From: Sulfurovum sp.
GTDB lineage: Bacteria; Campylobacterota; Campylobacteria; Campylobacterales; Sulfurovaceae
Assembly (NCBI GenBank): GCA_002733355.1
Contig: NVVN01000001.1
Span: 324,073-388,072 of the forward strand
Direction of reading: 5' to 3'
DNA: 64,000 bases
The first letter of the stretch is position 1; each line of letters opens with the position of its first letter. Shown here piece by piece: positions 39,056 through 51,121 of this stretch. The translations under genes and the position numbers were made by a program. The notes below the pieces were generated by a model. It saw only the letters and a program-made list of their open reading frames with translations. It was not told the origin of the DNA and ran no database searches.

Positions 39056-41257
39056 ATGAAAAATTTAATCATCGTTGAATCACCGGCAAAAGCAAGAACC
39101 ATCACAAATTTCTTAAGCAAGGATTACAAAGTCATCGCTTCAAAAGGGCATATACGTGACCTTCCTAAAAGTTCTTTTGGTATCACACTAGATGATAAAA
39201 CAGGTGATTTAATCCCAAAATACTCTATACCTAGAGATGCAAACCCTACAGTCAAAGAGTTAAAAAAACTAGCCAAAGAAGCCGAAACGATCTTTATCGC
39301 AACCGATGAGGATCGTGAGGGTGAGGCTATCGGATACCATATTGCAAAAGCTATAGGCAAAGAACCGACAGAACTACCACGTATTGTTTTTCATGAGATT
39401 ACCAAGTCAGCTATACAACATGCGCTGGAAACTCCTCGTAAAATAGACATGGACTCTGTAGATGCACAACAGACCAGACGTTTACTTGACCGTATCGTAG
39501 GGTACAAACTTTCTCCTCTACTTGCGAACAAAATACAAAAGGGTCTAAGTGCAGGCAGAGTGCAGAGTTCTACACTAAAACTAGTTGTTGAAAAAGAGCG
39601 TGAAATCAAAGCCTTTAAACCTGAAGAATTTTGGACAATTGACGCCCTATTTGAAAAAAATATAGATGCATCAATTTACGACTTCAACAGTCTAAAAATA
39701 GATAAACTTACCATTAAAACAGAGGCAGATGCTACAGAGATAGTCACTTCTGCCAAAAGTGAATCATTTATAGTCTCATCTATAGAAAAAACGAAAAGGA
39801 AAACAAAGACTCCATCACCATTTATGACTTCCACTCTTCAGCAAGCAGCATCTACACAACTTGGATTTTCGCCCAAAAAGACGATGATGGTTGCACAAAA
39901 ACTCTATGAAGGTGTCAAAACAGACAAAGGGTCAATGGGTGTTATCACTTATATGAGAACAGACTCTATGAATCTTGCCAAAGAAGCTGTTTCTGCTGCA
40001 CGTGATTACATCAAATCCACTTACGGAGATAAATATTTACCCAAAAAAGCAAAAAACTATGTAACCAAATCAAAAGGTGCGCAAGAGGCACATGAGGCTA
40101 TTCGTCCTACGATGATAGAGTTTGACAGNAACCTAGCTGCTGATTATCTTTCCGTGGATGAGCTCAAACTCTATAGACTCATCTATAACCGTTTTTTAGC
40201 ATGTCAAATGACCGAGGCTGAAATGGAATCTCAAAGTATACTCTTCAAGGGTGACAAATGTACGTTTAAAGCCTCTGGTAGAAAACTTCTTTTTGACGGT
40301 TTTTATAAAGTAACAGGACATGGAGACAAAGATAAACTTCTACCTGACCTAAGAAAAGGTCAAACAGTGAGTCTTGATGACATCAAGCCAGAACAACATT
40401 TTACTGAGCCTCCTGCACGCTATAATGAAGCAAGCCTCATTAAAAAACTAGAGTCTCTAGGTATCGGGCGTCCAAGTACTTATGCACCAACAGTCACAAC
40501 ATTGCAGACACGTAAATATATTGAACTGGAAAAAAAACGAATCCATCCTACTGAGATAGCTTTTACTGTAACAGAAATGCTTGAAGAACACTTTCCTGAG
40601 ATAGTAGACTCTGGTTTCACCGCTAGCATGGAAGAAACACTGGATGAAGTTGCGGAAGGGAAAACAAGCTGGCAAACTATCCTCAAGGCTTTTTATACAC
40701 CTTTTTTACAAAAAGTCGAAGAAGGGAAGCAAAATATCAAAAGTCTTAAGATTGCTATTCCAACTGGAGAAAACTGTCCAAAATGTGATTCAGAACTACT
40801 TTTACGTAAAGGGCGTTATGGAGAGTTCATCGCTTGTTCTAATTTTCCTAAATGTAAATATACTAAGAACACTGATGGTACTGAAGTAGAAGGTCCTGAA
40901 GAAACGGATGAAAAATGTGAAAAATGTGGCTCCATGATGGTCATAAAGAACTCTAAAAGAGGAAAGTTTTTAGCTTGTTCTGCCTACCCTAAGTGTAAAA
41001 ATGCCAAATCACTCGAACCTGCCAAAGAACTCACCGTACCTTGTCCGGAATGTGGAGGAAAACTTCAAGAGAGAGAAGGGCGTAGAGGTAAGTTCTTTGG
41101 ATGCGTAAACTATCCTAAATGTAAATTCATAGCAAACTATGAACCTGTAGATAAAAAATGTCCAAAGTGTGACTATACAATGGGCAAGAAAGCACTTAAA
41201 TCAGGAGATGTTTTCGAATGTTTTAAATGTAAACATAAAGAAGCAACTACTGCGTAA
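39056..41257 (+). CDS. topA: DNA topoisomerase I
   Basis: IVESPAKA, ATDEDREGE, SAGRVQS and ITYMRTDS; C-terminal Zn ribbons; start ATG 39056. Confidence 0.98.
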   Translation: MKNLIIVESPAKARTITNFLSKDYKVIASKGHIRDLPKSSFGITLDDKTGDLIPKYSIPRDANPTVKELKKLAKEAETIFIATDEDREGEAIGYHIAKAIGKEPTELPRIVFHEITKSAIQHALETPRKIDMDSVDAQQTRRLLDRIVGYKLSPLLANKIQKGLSAGRVQSSTLKLVVEKEREIKAFKPEEFWTIDALFEKNIDASIYDFNSLKIDKLTIKTEADATEIVTSAKSESFIVSSIEKTKRKTKTPSPFMTSTLQQAASTQLGFSPKKTMMVAQKLYEGVKTDKGSMGVITYMRTDSMNLAKEAVSAARDYIKSTYGDKYLPKKAKNYVTKSKGAQEAHEAIRPTMIEFDXNLAADYLSVDELKLYRLIYNRFLACQMTEAEMESQSILFKGDKCTFKASGRKLLFDGFYKVTGHGDKDKLLPDLRKGQTVSLDDIKPEQHFTEPPARYNEASLIKKLESLGIGRPSTYAPTVTTLQTRKYIELEKKRIHPTEIAFTVTEMLEEHFPEIVDSGFTASMEETLDEVAEGKTSWQTILKAFYTPFLQKVEEGKQNIKSLKIAIPTGENCPKCDSELLLRKGRYGEFIACSNFPKCKYTKNTDGTEVEGPEETDEKCEKCGSMMVIKNSKRGKFLACSAYPKCKNAKSLEPAKELTVPCPECGGKLQEREGRRGKFFGCVNYPKCKFIANYEPVDKKCPKCDYTMGKKALKSGDVFECFKCKHKEATTA

Positions 41258-43700
41258 GGTAGTGCTTTAGCTCTTTCTCAAGTTCAAGCCAGCTTTCTTT
41301 GTATTGTGGGATATATTGGCTTATAAATATTTCCTCTTTCTTCATCTCCATCAACATATCTTTAAGAAGTACTACATAACCGGTAGCCCCGATAGTAGCA
41401 CTTAGTCCAAGTGCATCTACACAAAAGGATCTTAACTCATCTAATTGATCTTTTTGTATCATATCCCTTACAAGATGTTCAGAATTTTTTAACGCTAACA
41501 GTATTTGTGCGACAATCTCATTATAAAATGTTTCACTGCGTACATAGCTCATGCCCTTGGAAATATCCAATACCCTTTTATTTTCATTCTCAATTTGTTT
41601 TTGTATTGTTTTNTTTGTATCAGTAAATTGTTTAGGACTTAAGAACCTCTCTAATGCACTATATAATTGTCCCAATTTATTAGGCTTAATAATACATGCA
41701 TCTACCCCCGCAAGTATCATTTGTTCCACTTCATAGGTAAACCCAAGTCCAGTAACTGCTACAATAGGAACTTTTTTATATTTATTGTTTTTACGTATTT
41801 TCTTTGTGGCTTCAAAACCATCCATGATAGGCATATTCATATCCATAAAAATGAGATCGATCTGCATATTCTCTTCAAGTATATCTAAAGCTTCTTTTCC
41901 ATTTTCTGCTTTAAGAACAGTTAAGTGAGATGCACTCAGAATACTAATCATGACTTGCTGACTGACGAAATTATCTTCTACCACTAAAATAGTTTTATCT
42001 GTAAATTTTTGGAAGTCAGACATTGACACTTTTGCAACATCTAAAATTTTGAAATCTTTTAGACCTTCACGCCTTGTATCTTTTTTCCTTCTCACTTTCT
42101 TGATGCATAATTGCTTTAATACCTCTTCAACATCTCCAACTATAAGAGGACTATACAACACTGCATCAGAAATATATGTAATATTATCCATATTATCATC
42201 TGTTTCAAAAATATTATTGATAACAATAATATCAATGTCTTGTTTTTGATCAATATTTTTCAAAAACTGGAAAACTTTTTTGCTGACATCCTCACTCTTG
42301 ATGATAAGAAAATCCAAATCATCCAAATTTGGTCGATGTGTTTCCAAGTTTTTTGAAGATTTGAAAAGAACCTCAATGTCAAAAGCATTTAAAATCTCTG
42401 TTAAAATTTTTGCTTTTTGAATATCTGTATCAATAACCATTGCTTTTTTAGACGAAAGTACCTTAATTAATTCTTTTTTATGACTTTTATTATCAACATC
42501 TCTAATATAAGGGAGTGCCAATTCATACCGGGTGCCCTTTTTTTTATGGCTTTCAATAAAAAACTTTCCATCCATATTAGCAATAAGTTCTTTAATCACA
42601 AAAAAACCAAACTCTTTATGTTTGCTCTGTACTTCCTCCCATGAATTTGGAATAAAAAGTCGATCTATCTCCTCTGGTGTTAAATACAATTTTGTANTTA
42701 CAATTGTAAATACAAGGTCCTCTTCTTCTCTTATCTCAATTCCAAGTATCACCTCACTGGCTTCTTTGTGCTCTAACACATCAGACAATAANTTATGTAA
42801 AATCTGAAAAATCCTAACTGTATCTCCAATTAAATATCTGCTTACATTACCCTTAATATCATAATAAAGAGTATGCTCCTTACTCTTTAAAGAGGGTGCA
42901 ACAGCATTGGTAAGTTTATGCAACATATTACTTAACTGAAAAGCGTCCTGCTTGATCACAATATTCCCTGATTTTATCTTTAGAAAATCAATCATCTCAT
43001 ATGTGGTTCGAAGAAGATCTTCATCATACCTTTTAAGGTTTTCGATATGATTTTTAATTTCACGAGTATCTATATTTTCTAAAGGAGTTTCGAGAAGTTT
43101 TGTTTCGTTGTCCACATTCTTTAGAGCTACAGTTTGTATTTTCTCTCCCATTTTTTCAAGCAGTAAGCTCTGTTTTTTTTCTATTTCCTCTTGCTTACTC
43201 TGTATATGTTTATGTTTTTCTCTAAGGTTTTTAATTTGATCAGATGAGAGGAATAGTGAAAGAATACCTATAATTCCCAATCCAAAAAGTGCAAGCCATA
43301 CGCTTTGATCTTCTTTTTCCATCACTATGCTCTTGTCTATATATCTAATTTCAGGGGCTTTCATTTTTTCATGTGTAATATCTTCTAAAATAAATGTGTG
43401 TGGAAAAGATAATCGAAATTCCAAAAATGCCAATGCCAAAGTATCCGCATCTTCAAATGGTCCTACTTTTAATACATGTGAACCCTGATTAGGAGAAACT
43501 AGCGACTGAAAAGGTTTTGTTTTATTTATAGTCTGCAATACACTGTTTTGATTTACTTCTTGTTCATATTTTGATATTTCATGCGCTAAACCCTCTTTTG
43601 TTTTTCCTGTAGCTAAAACTATATAGCTTTGAGAAACTGCTGCGCGAGACATAGTTAGCAAAACAAAAAAACATATAAAAAAATACCATACTTTACCCAT
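41247..43700 (-). CDS. Membrane-anchored hybrid sensor/response-regulator-like protein with degenerate kinase and Hpt-like parts and an intact receiver
   Basis: Signal/TM, periplasmic domain, TM, coiled coil, GDTVRIFQIL HATPase-like region, REC domain (VVEDN...FMDMNMPIMDG...KP) and Hpt-like C-terminus. Confidence 0.8.
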   Translation of the reverse strand: MGKVWYFFICFFVLLTMSRAAVSQSYIVLATGKTKEGLAHEISKYEQEVNQNSVLQTINKTKPFQSLVSPNQGSHVLKVGPFEDADTLALAFLEFRLSFPHTFILEDITHEKMKAPEIRYIDKSIVMEKEDQSVWLALFGLGIIGILSLFLSSDQIKNLREKHKHIQSKQEEIEKKQSLLLEKMGEKIQTVALKNVDNETKLLETPLENIDTREIKNHIENLKRYDEDLLRTTYEMIDFLKIKSGNIVIKQDAFQLSNMLHKLTNAVAPSLKSKEHTLYYDIKGNVSRYLIGDTVRIFQILHXLLSDVLEHKEASEVILGIEIREEEDLVFTIVXTKLYLTPEEIDRLFIPNSWEEVQSKHKEFGFFVIKELIANMDGKFFIESHKKKGTRYELALPYIRDVDNKSHKKELIKVLSSKKAMVIDTDIQKAKILTEILNAFDIEVLFKSSKNLETHRPNLDDLDFLIIKSEDVSKKVFQFLKNIDQKQDIDIIVINNIFETDDNMDNITYISDAVLYSPLIVGDVEEVLKQLCIKKVRRKKDTRREGLKDFKILDVAKVSMSDFQKFTDKTILVVEDNFVSQQVMISILSASHLTVLKAENGKEALDILEENMQIDLIFMDMNMPIMDGFEATKKIRKNNKYKKVPIVAVTGLGFTYEVEQMILAGVDACIIKPNKLGQLYSALERFLSPKQFTDTXKTIQKQIENENKRVLDISKGMSYVRSETFYNEIVAQILLALKNSEHLVRDMIQKDQLDELRSFCVDALGLSATIGATGYVVLLKDMLMEMKKEEIFISQYIPQYKESWLELEKELKHYLTQ

Positions 43701-44325
43701 GTCTCTCTCCCATCCTATTTACTTCATTTTCTAGTTTACTTTGGTATTGTGTTACCTCTTTTTGTAACTTTTTTATTTTGGAAATTTGTTTTGCACTTCT
43801 ATATATTAATATAAATCCCGCCAAGGCTAAAAATAATAACCCAAACCACTCACTCTGCATCTCTTGCCAAAATAATTCTAGCCCATCAGGTTTCTCTTGT
43901 ACTAAGTTTTTGCTAACAAATTTTTCTGTATTCTTTTTTTTAACTTTGGATGATTCTACTTCAGTATATATATCTTCCAATATTTGATACTGCTTAGGTA
44001 GATCTTTAAAAAAAGTATTTCCAACGATAAAATTTTCAGGGAATTTTTCCTGAAGTAAATACTTTAATTCATTTTTAACTGAAGTCACTTTAATAGGTTT
44101 AAGCGTTATAATAATGTATTTGTCGAGCAGTTCCATGCCAAGTGCCAAATTGTATTTCAACTTTATCTCTTTAGCTGCCTTGTTTTCCTGAAAAAATGTT
44201 TCAATCTCATATAAGCTTTTAGCCGCCTCTTGACTCTCAATATGCGCACTGATAATCATCTTGTAATTCATTTCCTGTGCATATAATATATGTACAAAAA
44301 ATGCTATAATAGTAAATACTCTCAT
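43693..44325 (-). CDS. Hypothetical membrane protein: exported domain, TM and coiled coil
   Basis: Signal peptide from ATG 44325; TM WFGLLFLALAGFILIY; overlaps the next gene start. Confidence 0.75.
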   Translation of the reverse strand: MRVFTIIAFFVHILYAQEMNYKMIISAHIESQEAAKSLYEIETFFQENKAAKEIKLKYNLALGMELLDKYIIITLKPIKVTSVKNELKYLLQEKFPENFIVGNTFFKDLPKQYQILEDIYTEVESSKVKKKNTEKFVSKNLVQEKPDGLELFWQEMQSEWFGLLFLALAGFILIYRSAKQISKIKKLQKEVTQYQSKLENEVNRMGERHG

Positions 44326-44455
44326 ATTTTCACTACCCTGCTCCAGACAAACTATACACACTTAAATATTGTGAAGAATTATAACATAAATAAAAAAATG
44401 TACATTATATTTTTTTCCTAAACTATATAATAAAAGCTTTAGATATAATTTGGTC

Positions 44456-45316
44456 ATGAAAGAAATATTTTTATGTGCAATAAACAACATTCTCAGTGGA
44501 ACTTGTCAAGAAGACTGCAAATTCTGTACGCAAAGTGTCAGGTACCATGCAGATATTACACGCTATACATACAAAAGCATTGAACAGATAGTATCAGAAG
44601 CTGCACGTGCCAAAAAAAATGGTGCGCTTGGGTACTGTTTAGTTACAGCGGGGAAAGGCTTGGATGACAAAAAAGTTGAATATGTTGCTCGTGCTGCACA
44701 AGCCGTAAAAGCAGAAGTTGAAGGACTAAATCTTATTGCCTGTAATGGTACGGCGACCAAAGACCAACTCATATACCTAAAAGAAAATGGCATTGACAGC
44801 TACAATCATAACCTTGAGACCTCAGAAAAATATTATGCAGAAATTTGTCAAACACACACTTGGGGTGAACGATATGAAACATGTGAAAATGTCAAATCTG
44901 TAGGACTGGCTCTTTGCTCAGGTGGTATTTTTGGTATGGGCGAGACCCCAGAAGACAGAGATTCACTTCTTAACTCAATAGCATCCCTTTCTCCTGAATC
45001 AACACCTTTAAATTTTTATCATCCAAATCCTGCACTTCCTATCAAAACACGTAATATTGAATTTGATGAAGCCCTTGCTATTATCTCAAAGGCCCGAAGA
45101 CTTTTAGGTGAAGAAAAATTATTAATGGTGGCAGGTGGCAGAGAATTACTCTTTAATAACAAAGAGCATGCCATGTTTGATGCGGGAGCAAATGCCATTG
45201 TCATTGGTGATTACCTCACAACGGAGGGTCTTGCACCTTCAAAAGACAGAAGTATGCTTGAAGCACTCGGCTACAAAATCGCTACGAGTTGCCATCCCGC
45301 TAATGTCGAAGAATGA
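44456..45316 (+). CDS. bioB: Biotin synthase
   Basis: Radical SAM CQEDCKFC, YNHNLETS, CSGGIFGMGE and GDYLTT. Confidence 0.93.
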   Translation: MKEIFLCAINNILSGTCQEDCKFCTQSVRYHADITRYTYKSIEQIVSEAARAKKNGALGYCLVTAGKGLDDKKVEYVARAAQAVKAEVEGLNLIACNGTATKDQLIYLKENGIDSYNHNLETSEKYYAEICQTHTWGERYETCENVKSVGLALCSGGIFGMGETPEDRDSLLNSIASLSPESTPLNFYHPNPALPIKTRNIEFDEALAIISKARRLLGEEKLLMVAGGRELLFNNKEHAMFDAGANAIVIGDYLTTEGLAPSKDRSMLEALGYKIATSCHPANVEE

Positions 45317-46467
45317 TACATTCTAATATCACACTGATACTCACGCTTTCTCTGCTTATATGGGGAAGTCCCTTTGTAGCAAAATTTTTACGTATTCCAA
45401 TTCCTCCAGTTGAAATTATCTTAGGATCCATTTTTACCTACCTTGGATTCATCGGTCATAATGAATATTTTTATCTTATTGCTGAAGTTGGTTTTTTATA
45501 TCTCATGTTCTTAGCAGGTATGGAAGTAGACCTTAAACAAATTACAAATAGTCCAAAAGTAGTCATCCGTAAATCTATTTTATTTCTCCTTATCATGATA
45601 TTTATTTCTATTTTTAGTGGATTAATATTTGGCTTAAATACAATAGTGATTATTTCTATGCCTCTTATTTCTATCGGCATGTTGGCCTCTTTATCTAAGG
45701 TATACGGAAAAGACGAACCATGGATACGTCTTGCACTTATTGCCGGTGTTTTGGGAGAAATAGGAAGTATTGCCGCACTTACCATTTTTGATGCTGCTAG
45801 TGTGGCAGGGTTTAGCCTAGAACTTATTTGGAAACTTGGGTATTTAGTCTTATTTATTTTTGTAGTCTACCTTACTTACAGATTTTTACACCTATTATTT
45901 TGGTGGACACCTGAATTAAAACATGTGTTAATGCCGAAACTTGATACATCTGATCAAGATATCCGTCTTTCAATGTCTCTTTTTTTTATTTTAATTGCCG
46001 TGATGTTAAGTCTTGGATTGGAACTTGCTTTGGGTGCTTTTATCGCGGGTGTGGCAATCGCTGCATTCTTCCATCACGAAAAGGAACTTGAAGAAAAAAT
46101 GTCGAGCCTTGGGTTTGGTTTTCTNGTACCGCTCTTTTTCCTACATGTAGGATCTTCTTTTGATTTAAGAGCTTTACCCTTAGAAGGTGTCATCTCAGGT
46201 GCATTACTCATAACCTTTTTAATGCTAACTTCCAGAATTCTTGCAGCTATTGTACTCAAGGGTATTAGTGGAGCAAGAGATGCACTACTAATAGCCCTTT
46301 CTCTTTCAATGCCTTTAACATTGCTTGTAGCGGTGGCTACCATTGGATATGAAACAAAATTACTTGATTTACTAACTTATTACCAACTCATTCTAGCCAG
46401 TATTTTTGAAATATTAATATCAATGATTTTAATTAATTTCATACAGAGAGAGAAAATAAAGACTTAA
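45313..46467 (+). CDS. Cation:proton antiporter (CPA2/NapA-like)
   Basis: Many TM helices; LMFLAGMEVD, LGAFIAG and GFGFxVPLFF. Confidence 0.88.
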   Translation: MIHSNITLILTLSLLIWGSPFVAKFLRIPIPPVEIILGSIFTYLGFIGHNEYFYLIAEVGFLYLMFLAGMEVDLKQITNSPKVVIRKSILFLLIMIFISIFSGLIFGLNTIVIISMPLISIGMLASLSKVYGKDEPWIRLALIAGVLGEIGSIAALTIFDAASVAGFSLELIWKLGYLVLFIFVVYLTYRFLHLLFWWTPELKHVLMPKLDTSDQDIRLSMSLFFILIAVMLSLGLELALGAFIAGVAIAAFFHHEKELEEKMSSLGFGFXVPLFFLHVGSSFDLRALPLEGVISGALLITFLMLTSRILAAIVLKGISGARDALLIALSLSMPLTLLVAVATIGYETKLLDLLTYYQLILASIFEILISMILINFIQREKIKT

Positions 46468-47204
46468 TCTCTATCCATTTCTTTAACAGCTTCTATATAC
46501 GCCCTATCTGCTTCTTCTGTTGCTATTAATTCTTCTTCTGTAAGATTAATATCTACAATTGTATTTTTCACTTCACGTACCCTTTCTTTCTCTACTTTTT
46601 CTAGCGCTAGTGTTTCTTCTTCTTTCATTTTTATACGTTTTTTAGCTTCTTGTATTTCTAACTCTTTTTTTTCTGCTTCTTTTTTCGCCATTTCCTCAAG
46701 TTTTGTTTTTTCCTCTTTAGCTTTAGCCTGTACTGCCCTGGCTTCTTCTATTTTTACTTGTTCTTGTTTGACTTTCTCTATTCTTTCATATTCTACCTTG
46801 GCTTGTCTTGCTTTGGTCTTTTCAGCTTCAAGTTCTTCTTCTCTGGCTTTTTTTATTTTTTCTTCTTCAACTTTCACCAGTAACAATGTTTCTTCTTTTT
46901 CTACTACTTTGTTTTCTACAGTATCGGCTTCTTCCTGCCCAGGAACAGTCATATTATCCTCAGAAGGTAAACGTGATAAATCCTTGGCCTTTTCCTCATT
47001 TGTACCAACTGATAGAGTAGGAGCATTTACAGTTTCTGCTCTTATTTTTTTTCTCTCTTCTATCTCTTTAAATGTAGACAATAAAAGCTCTTGGTCTCTA
47101 TCTATTTTCTGAAGATTTTCATTTAACGCAAAAGGATTTTCTTCTGCATGAATATTTATACTCGATGCTATCATTATTATTACTGTCCATAGATACTTTT
47201 TCAT
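46464..47204 (-). CDS. Exported E/K/A-rich coiled-coil hypothetical protein
   Basis: Signal peptide, ENPF motif and a long charged helical region. Confidence 0.7.
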   Translation of the reverse strand: MKKYLWTVIIMIASSINIHAEENPFALNENLQKIDRDQELLLSTFKEIEERKKIRAETVNAPTLSVGTNEEKAKDLSRLPSEDNMTVPGQEEADTVENKVVEKEETLLLVKVEEEKIKKAREEELEAEKTKARQAKVEYERIEKVKQEQVKIEEARAVQAKAKEEKTKLEEMAKKEAEKKELEIQEAKKRIKMKEEETLALEKVEKERVREVKNTIVDINLTEEELIATEEADRAYIEAVKEMDRD

Positions 47205-47206
47205 TC

Positions 47207-47466
47207 TTATTCCTTAGGTTCTAACTGTTTTAACTCGAAATATTCTTTTTGAAGCCTTTTGTTTTCATCTTTCAATGCTTCCCCTTCTTCAATAAGCCCT
47301 TGTTTTTTCTCTTTTAACTGATGTAAAACAGTTAAAGAGTTTTCTCCATAAATCAAAATACCCACATAAATACCAAAAAGCAAGATACCTATGGTTGTCA
47401 CTAAAAATGCTTTGATTGACAGACCAGCAATCGTTCCTATTTCTTGTGTATTAGACATCTGAGACA

Positions 47467-47467
<1 letters not shown>
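47207..47467 (-). CDS. FtsB/DivIC-like septum formation initiator
   Basis: One TM, GENSL, then a leucine-zipper-like coil; directly after eno. Confidence 0.7.
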
Positions 47468-48741
<1,274 letters not shown>

Positions 48742-49017
48742 CTATGTCCCTTTTAGTAATAATTAATACTCTTATTTTATCGAAATTTACCCTATACTTA
48801 TATGAGTATTAAATTTTAGATAGGGACATGACATATGTAGCTTTTTTTCATAGTCCTAATTTGTACTTCATATTAGGTAGAGGAACAGCACTATAAGTGA
48901 ATTATCTAATAATCTGATTTTACCCATTTTTGATGATATGCCCTGTATTTTAGGTTGAGAAAGGTACGAAGCATTTATTTTACTTCGTACAAGAAATGTG
49001 TAAATATATAATAAAGG

Positions 49018-50055
49018 TTAATGCTCCTTCATCTCACTTTCATCTACTGTTAGTGATTCACCAAAGCCCAATGCTTCTTTTACTTTTGCGTCAATTTCAG
49101 CAAATAGCTCCGGATTTTCCTTGATAGTAATTCTAGCATTCTCTTTCCCNTGCCCCAACTTCTCAGTACCATAAGAGAACCATGCACCAGATTTATCTAC
49201 AATATCCATTTTGATTCCATAATCTATAAGCTCACCAATATACGAAATACCCTCACCAAACATAATATCAAACTCTGCTTGCCTAAATGGTGGTGCTACT
49301 TTATTTTTTACTACCTTCGCTTTTACTCGGTTACCGATGCTTGACTCTCCTTGTTTAAGTGTGGCGATTCGACGAACATCAATACGCACTGAACAATAAA
49401 ATTTTAGTGCATTACCACCTGTAGTAGTCTCTGGACTACCGTACCCCATAGTACCAATCTTCATGCGAATTTGGTTTATGAAGATGACTGTGGTATTTGT
49501 CTTATGCAAAACAGCAGTAAGCTTACGAAGAGCCTGAGACATCAGTCTTGCTTGCAGTCCTACATGCACGTCACCCATATCTCCCTCTATCTCTGCTTTA
49601 GGGGTAAGTGCTGCTACGGAATCCACGACAATTAAATCAACTGCTCCAGAACGTGCAAGTGTTTCAAGTACATCTAAAGCTTGTTCTCCAAAGTCTGGTT
49701 GAGACACAAGTAAATTATCTGTATCTACTCCTAGGTTTTTAGCATATATAACATCTAGAGCATGTTCTGCATCTATAAATGCACAAACCATGTCTTTTTT
49801 TTGTGCAGAGGCGATGGTTTGCAATGCCAGTGTGGTTTTCCCTGATGACTCAGGACCATATATCTCTACAATACGTCCTTGAGGTATGCCACCAATACCA
49901 AGTGCCATATCTAGTCCAAGAGATCCCGTAGAAATAGATTCTATGGGCTCAAACTCTTTGTCACCAAGTCTCATAAGTGTACCTTTACCAAACGTCTTAT
50001 CTATCTGTTTGATAGCTATATCTAGTGCTTTTTGTTTGTTTGCATCCATTGCCAT
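49018..50055 (-). CDS. recA: Recombinase A
   Basis: [27 protein letters not shown] and KNKVAPPF; start could be 50061. Confidence 0.99.
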   Translation of the reverse strand: MAMDANKQKALDIAIKQIDKTFGKGTLMRLGDKEFEPIESISTGSLGLDMALGIGGIPQGRIVEIYGPESSGKTTLALQTIASAQKKDMVCAFIDAEHALDVIYAKNLGVDTDNLLVSQPDFGEQALDVLETLARSGAVDLIVVDSVAALTPKAEIEGDMGDVHVGLQARLMSQALRKLTAVLHKTNTTVIFINQIRMKIGTMGYGSPETTTGGNALKFYCSVRIDVRRIATLKQGESSIGNRVKAKVVKNKVAPPFRQAEFDIMFGEGISYIGELIDYGIKMDIVDKSGAWFSYGTEKLGXGKENARITIKENPELFAEIDAKVKEALGFGESLTVDESEMKEH

Positions 50056-50153
50056 TGTCATATCCTTAACCTTTATGTTNNAGTAATTTTATCTAAATAA
50101 TCAGAGTTTATTTAGTCATGTTGGTAGTTTAATAGAAATTTGAGAGGAAATAC

Positions 50154-50180
50154 AAAAATATGTCAAATTGACATATTTTT
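50154..50180. promoter_or_regulatory. Perfect 27-bp palindrome between recA and mqnD; putative SOS-like operator
   Basis: AAAAATATGTCAA-A-TTGACATATTTTT with 13-bp perfect arms. Confidence 0.8.
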
Positions 50181-50254
50181 AATTAAAAACCTTTAAAATC
50201 ATTTCTAAATCCAAACCATGCTAAAATGCATTTACAATAACATAAGGTGAATAT

Positions 50255-51121
50255 ATGCCAAAATCTATCCAACTAGCCCACTCACCCGATGCAGATGATA
50301 TCTTCATGTACTTTGCTATCAAGTTTGGATGGGTAGATACTAAAAGTTATGAATTTAACAACATTGGACTAGACATAGAGACACTTAATATTGAGGCGAT
50401 GAAAGGCACATATGATGTCTCTGCCATAAGCTTTGGTATGTACCCGCTCATCAAAGATGAATATGCCCTACTTCGTACCGCTGTGAGTTTTGGCGAGGGG
50501 TATGGACCTAAGCTCATCAAACGTAAAGAAACCACACTCAAACGCAACTTTAAAGTAGCCCTCTCTGGTAAATACACAACAAATGCTATGCTTTTTCGCA
50601 TTTACTACCCTGAAGCTCGTCCAGTATACATGGATTTTCTTGAGATAGAAGAAGCAGTAGTCTCAGGTAAAGTACACGCTGGTGTGCTCATACATGAGTC
50701 CATTTTGAACTTTGATGATAGCCTTGAAGTAGAAAAAGAGCTATGGGACATCTGGGTAGAACTTGCAGGTGAGGGTCTACCCCTTCCTCTTGGTGGTATG
50801 GCAGTAAGAAGAAGCCTTCCACTTAACCGTGCTATAGACATAGAAAACATCCTCATAGATGGCGTAAAAGTAGCGAATGAAAGAAAAGAAGAACTCTGTA
50901 CTAAACTTGAAAATGACAACCTTGTACGCATCTCATCAAATATGCTCAAAAAATATTTAGATATGTATGCTTCTGATGAATCTGTAGAACTTTCAGCATT
51001 GCAACTTAAAGCACTTAATACGCTTTATGAAATAGGCTTTAAACATGGCTTGTGGGATACTGCTATGAAAACAGAGGATTATCTGATACCTAAAGAGTAT
51101 GAAGCTTTACGCAGTAGCTAA
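50255..51121 (+). CDS. mqnD: 1,4-dihydroxy-6-naphthoate synthase, futalosine pathway
   Basis: AHSPDADDIFM, DIETLN, GEGYGP, LIHE and LPLPLGG; TGCTAAAAT at 50219-50227. Confidence 0.88.
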   Translation: MPKSIQLAHSPDADDIFMYFAIKFGWVDTKSYEFNNIGLDIETLNIEAMKGTYDVSAISFGMYPLIKDEYALLRTAVSFGEGYGPKLIKRKETTLKRNFKVALSGKYTTNAMLFRIYYPEARPVYMDFLEIEEAVVSGKVHAGVLIHESILNFDDSLEVEKELWDIWVELAGEGLPLPLGGMAVRRSLPLNRAIDIENILIDGVKVANERKEELCTKLENDNLVRISSNMLKKYLDMYASDESVELSALQLKALNTLYEIGFKHGLWDTAMKTEDYLIPKEYEALRSS

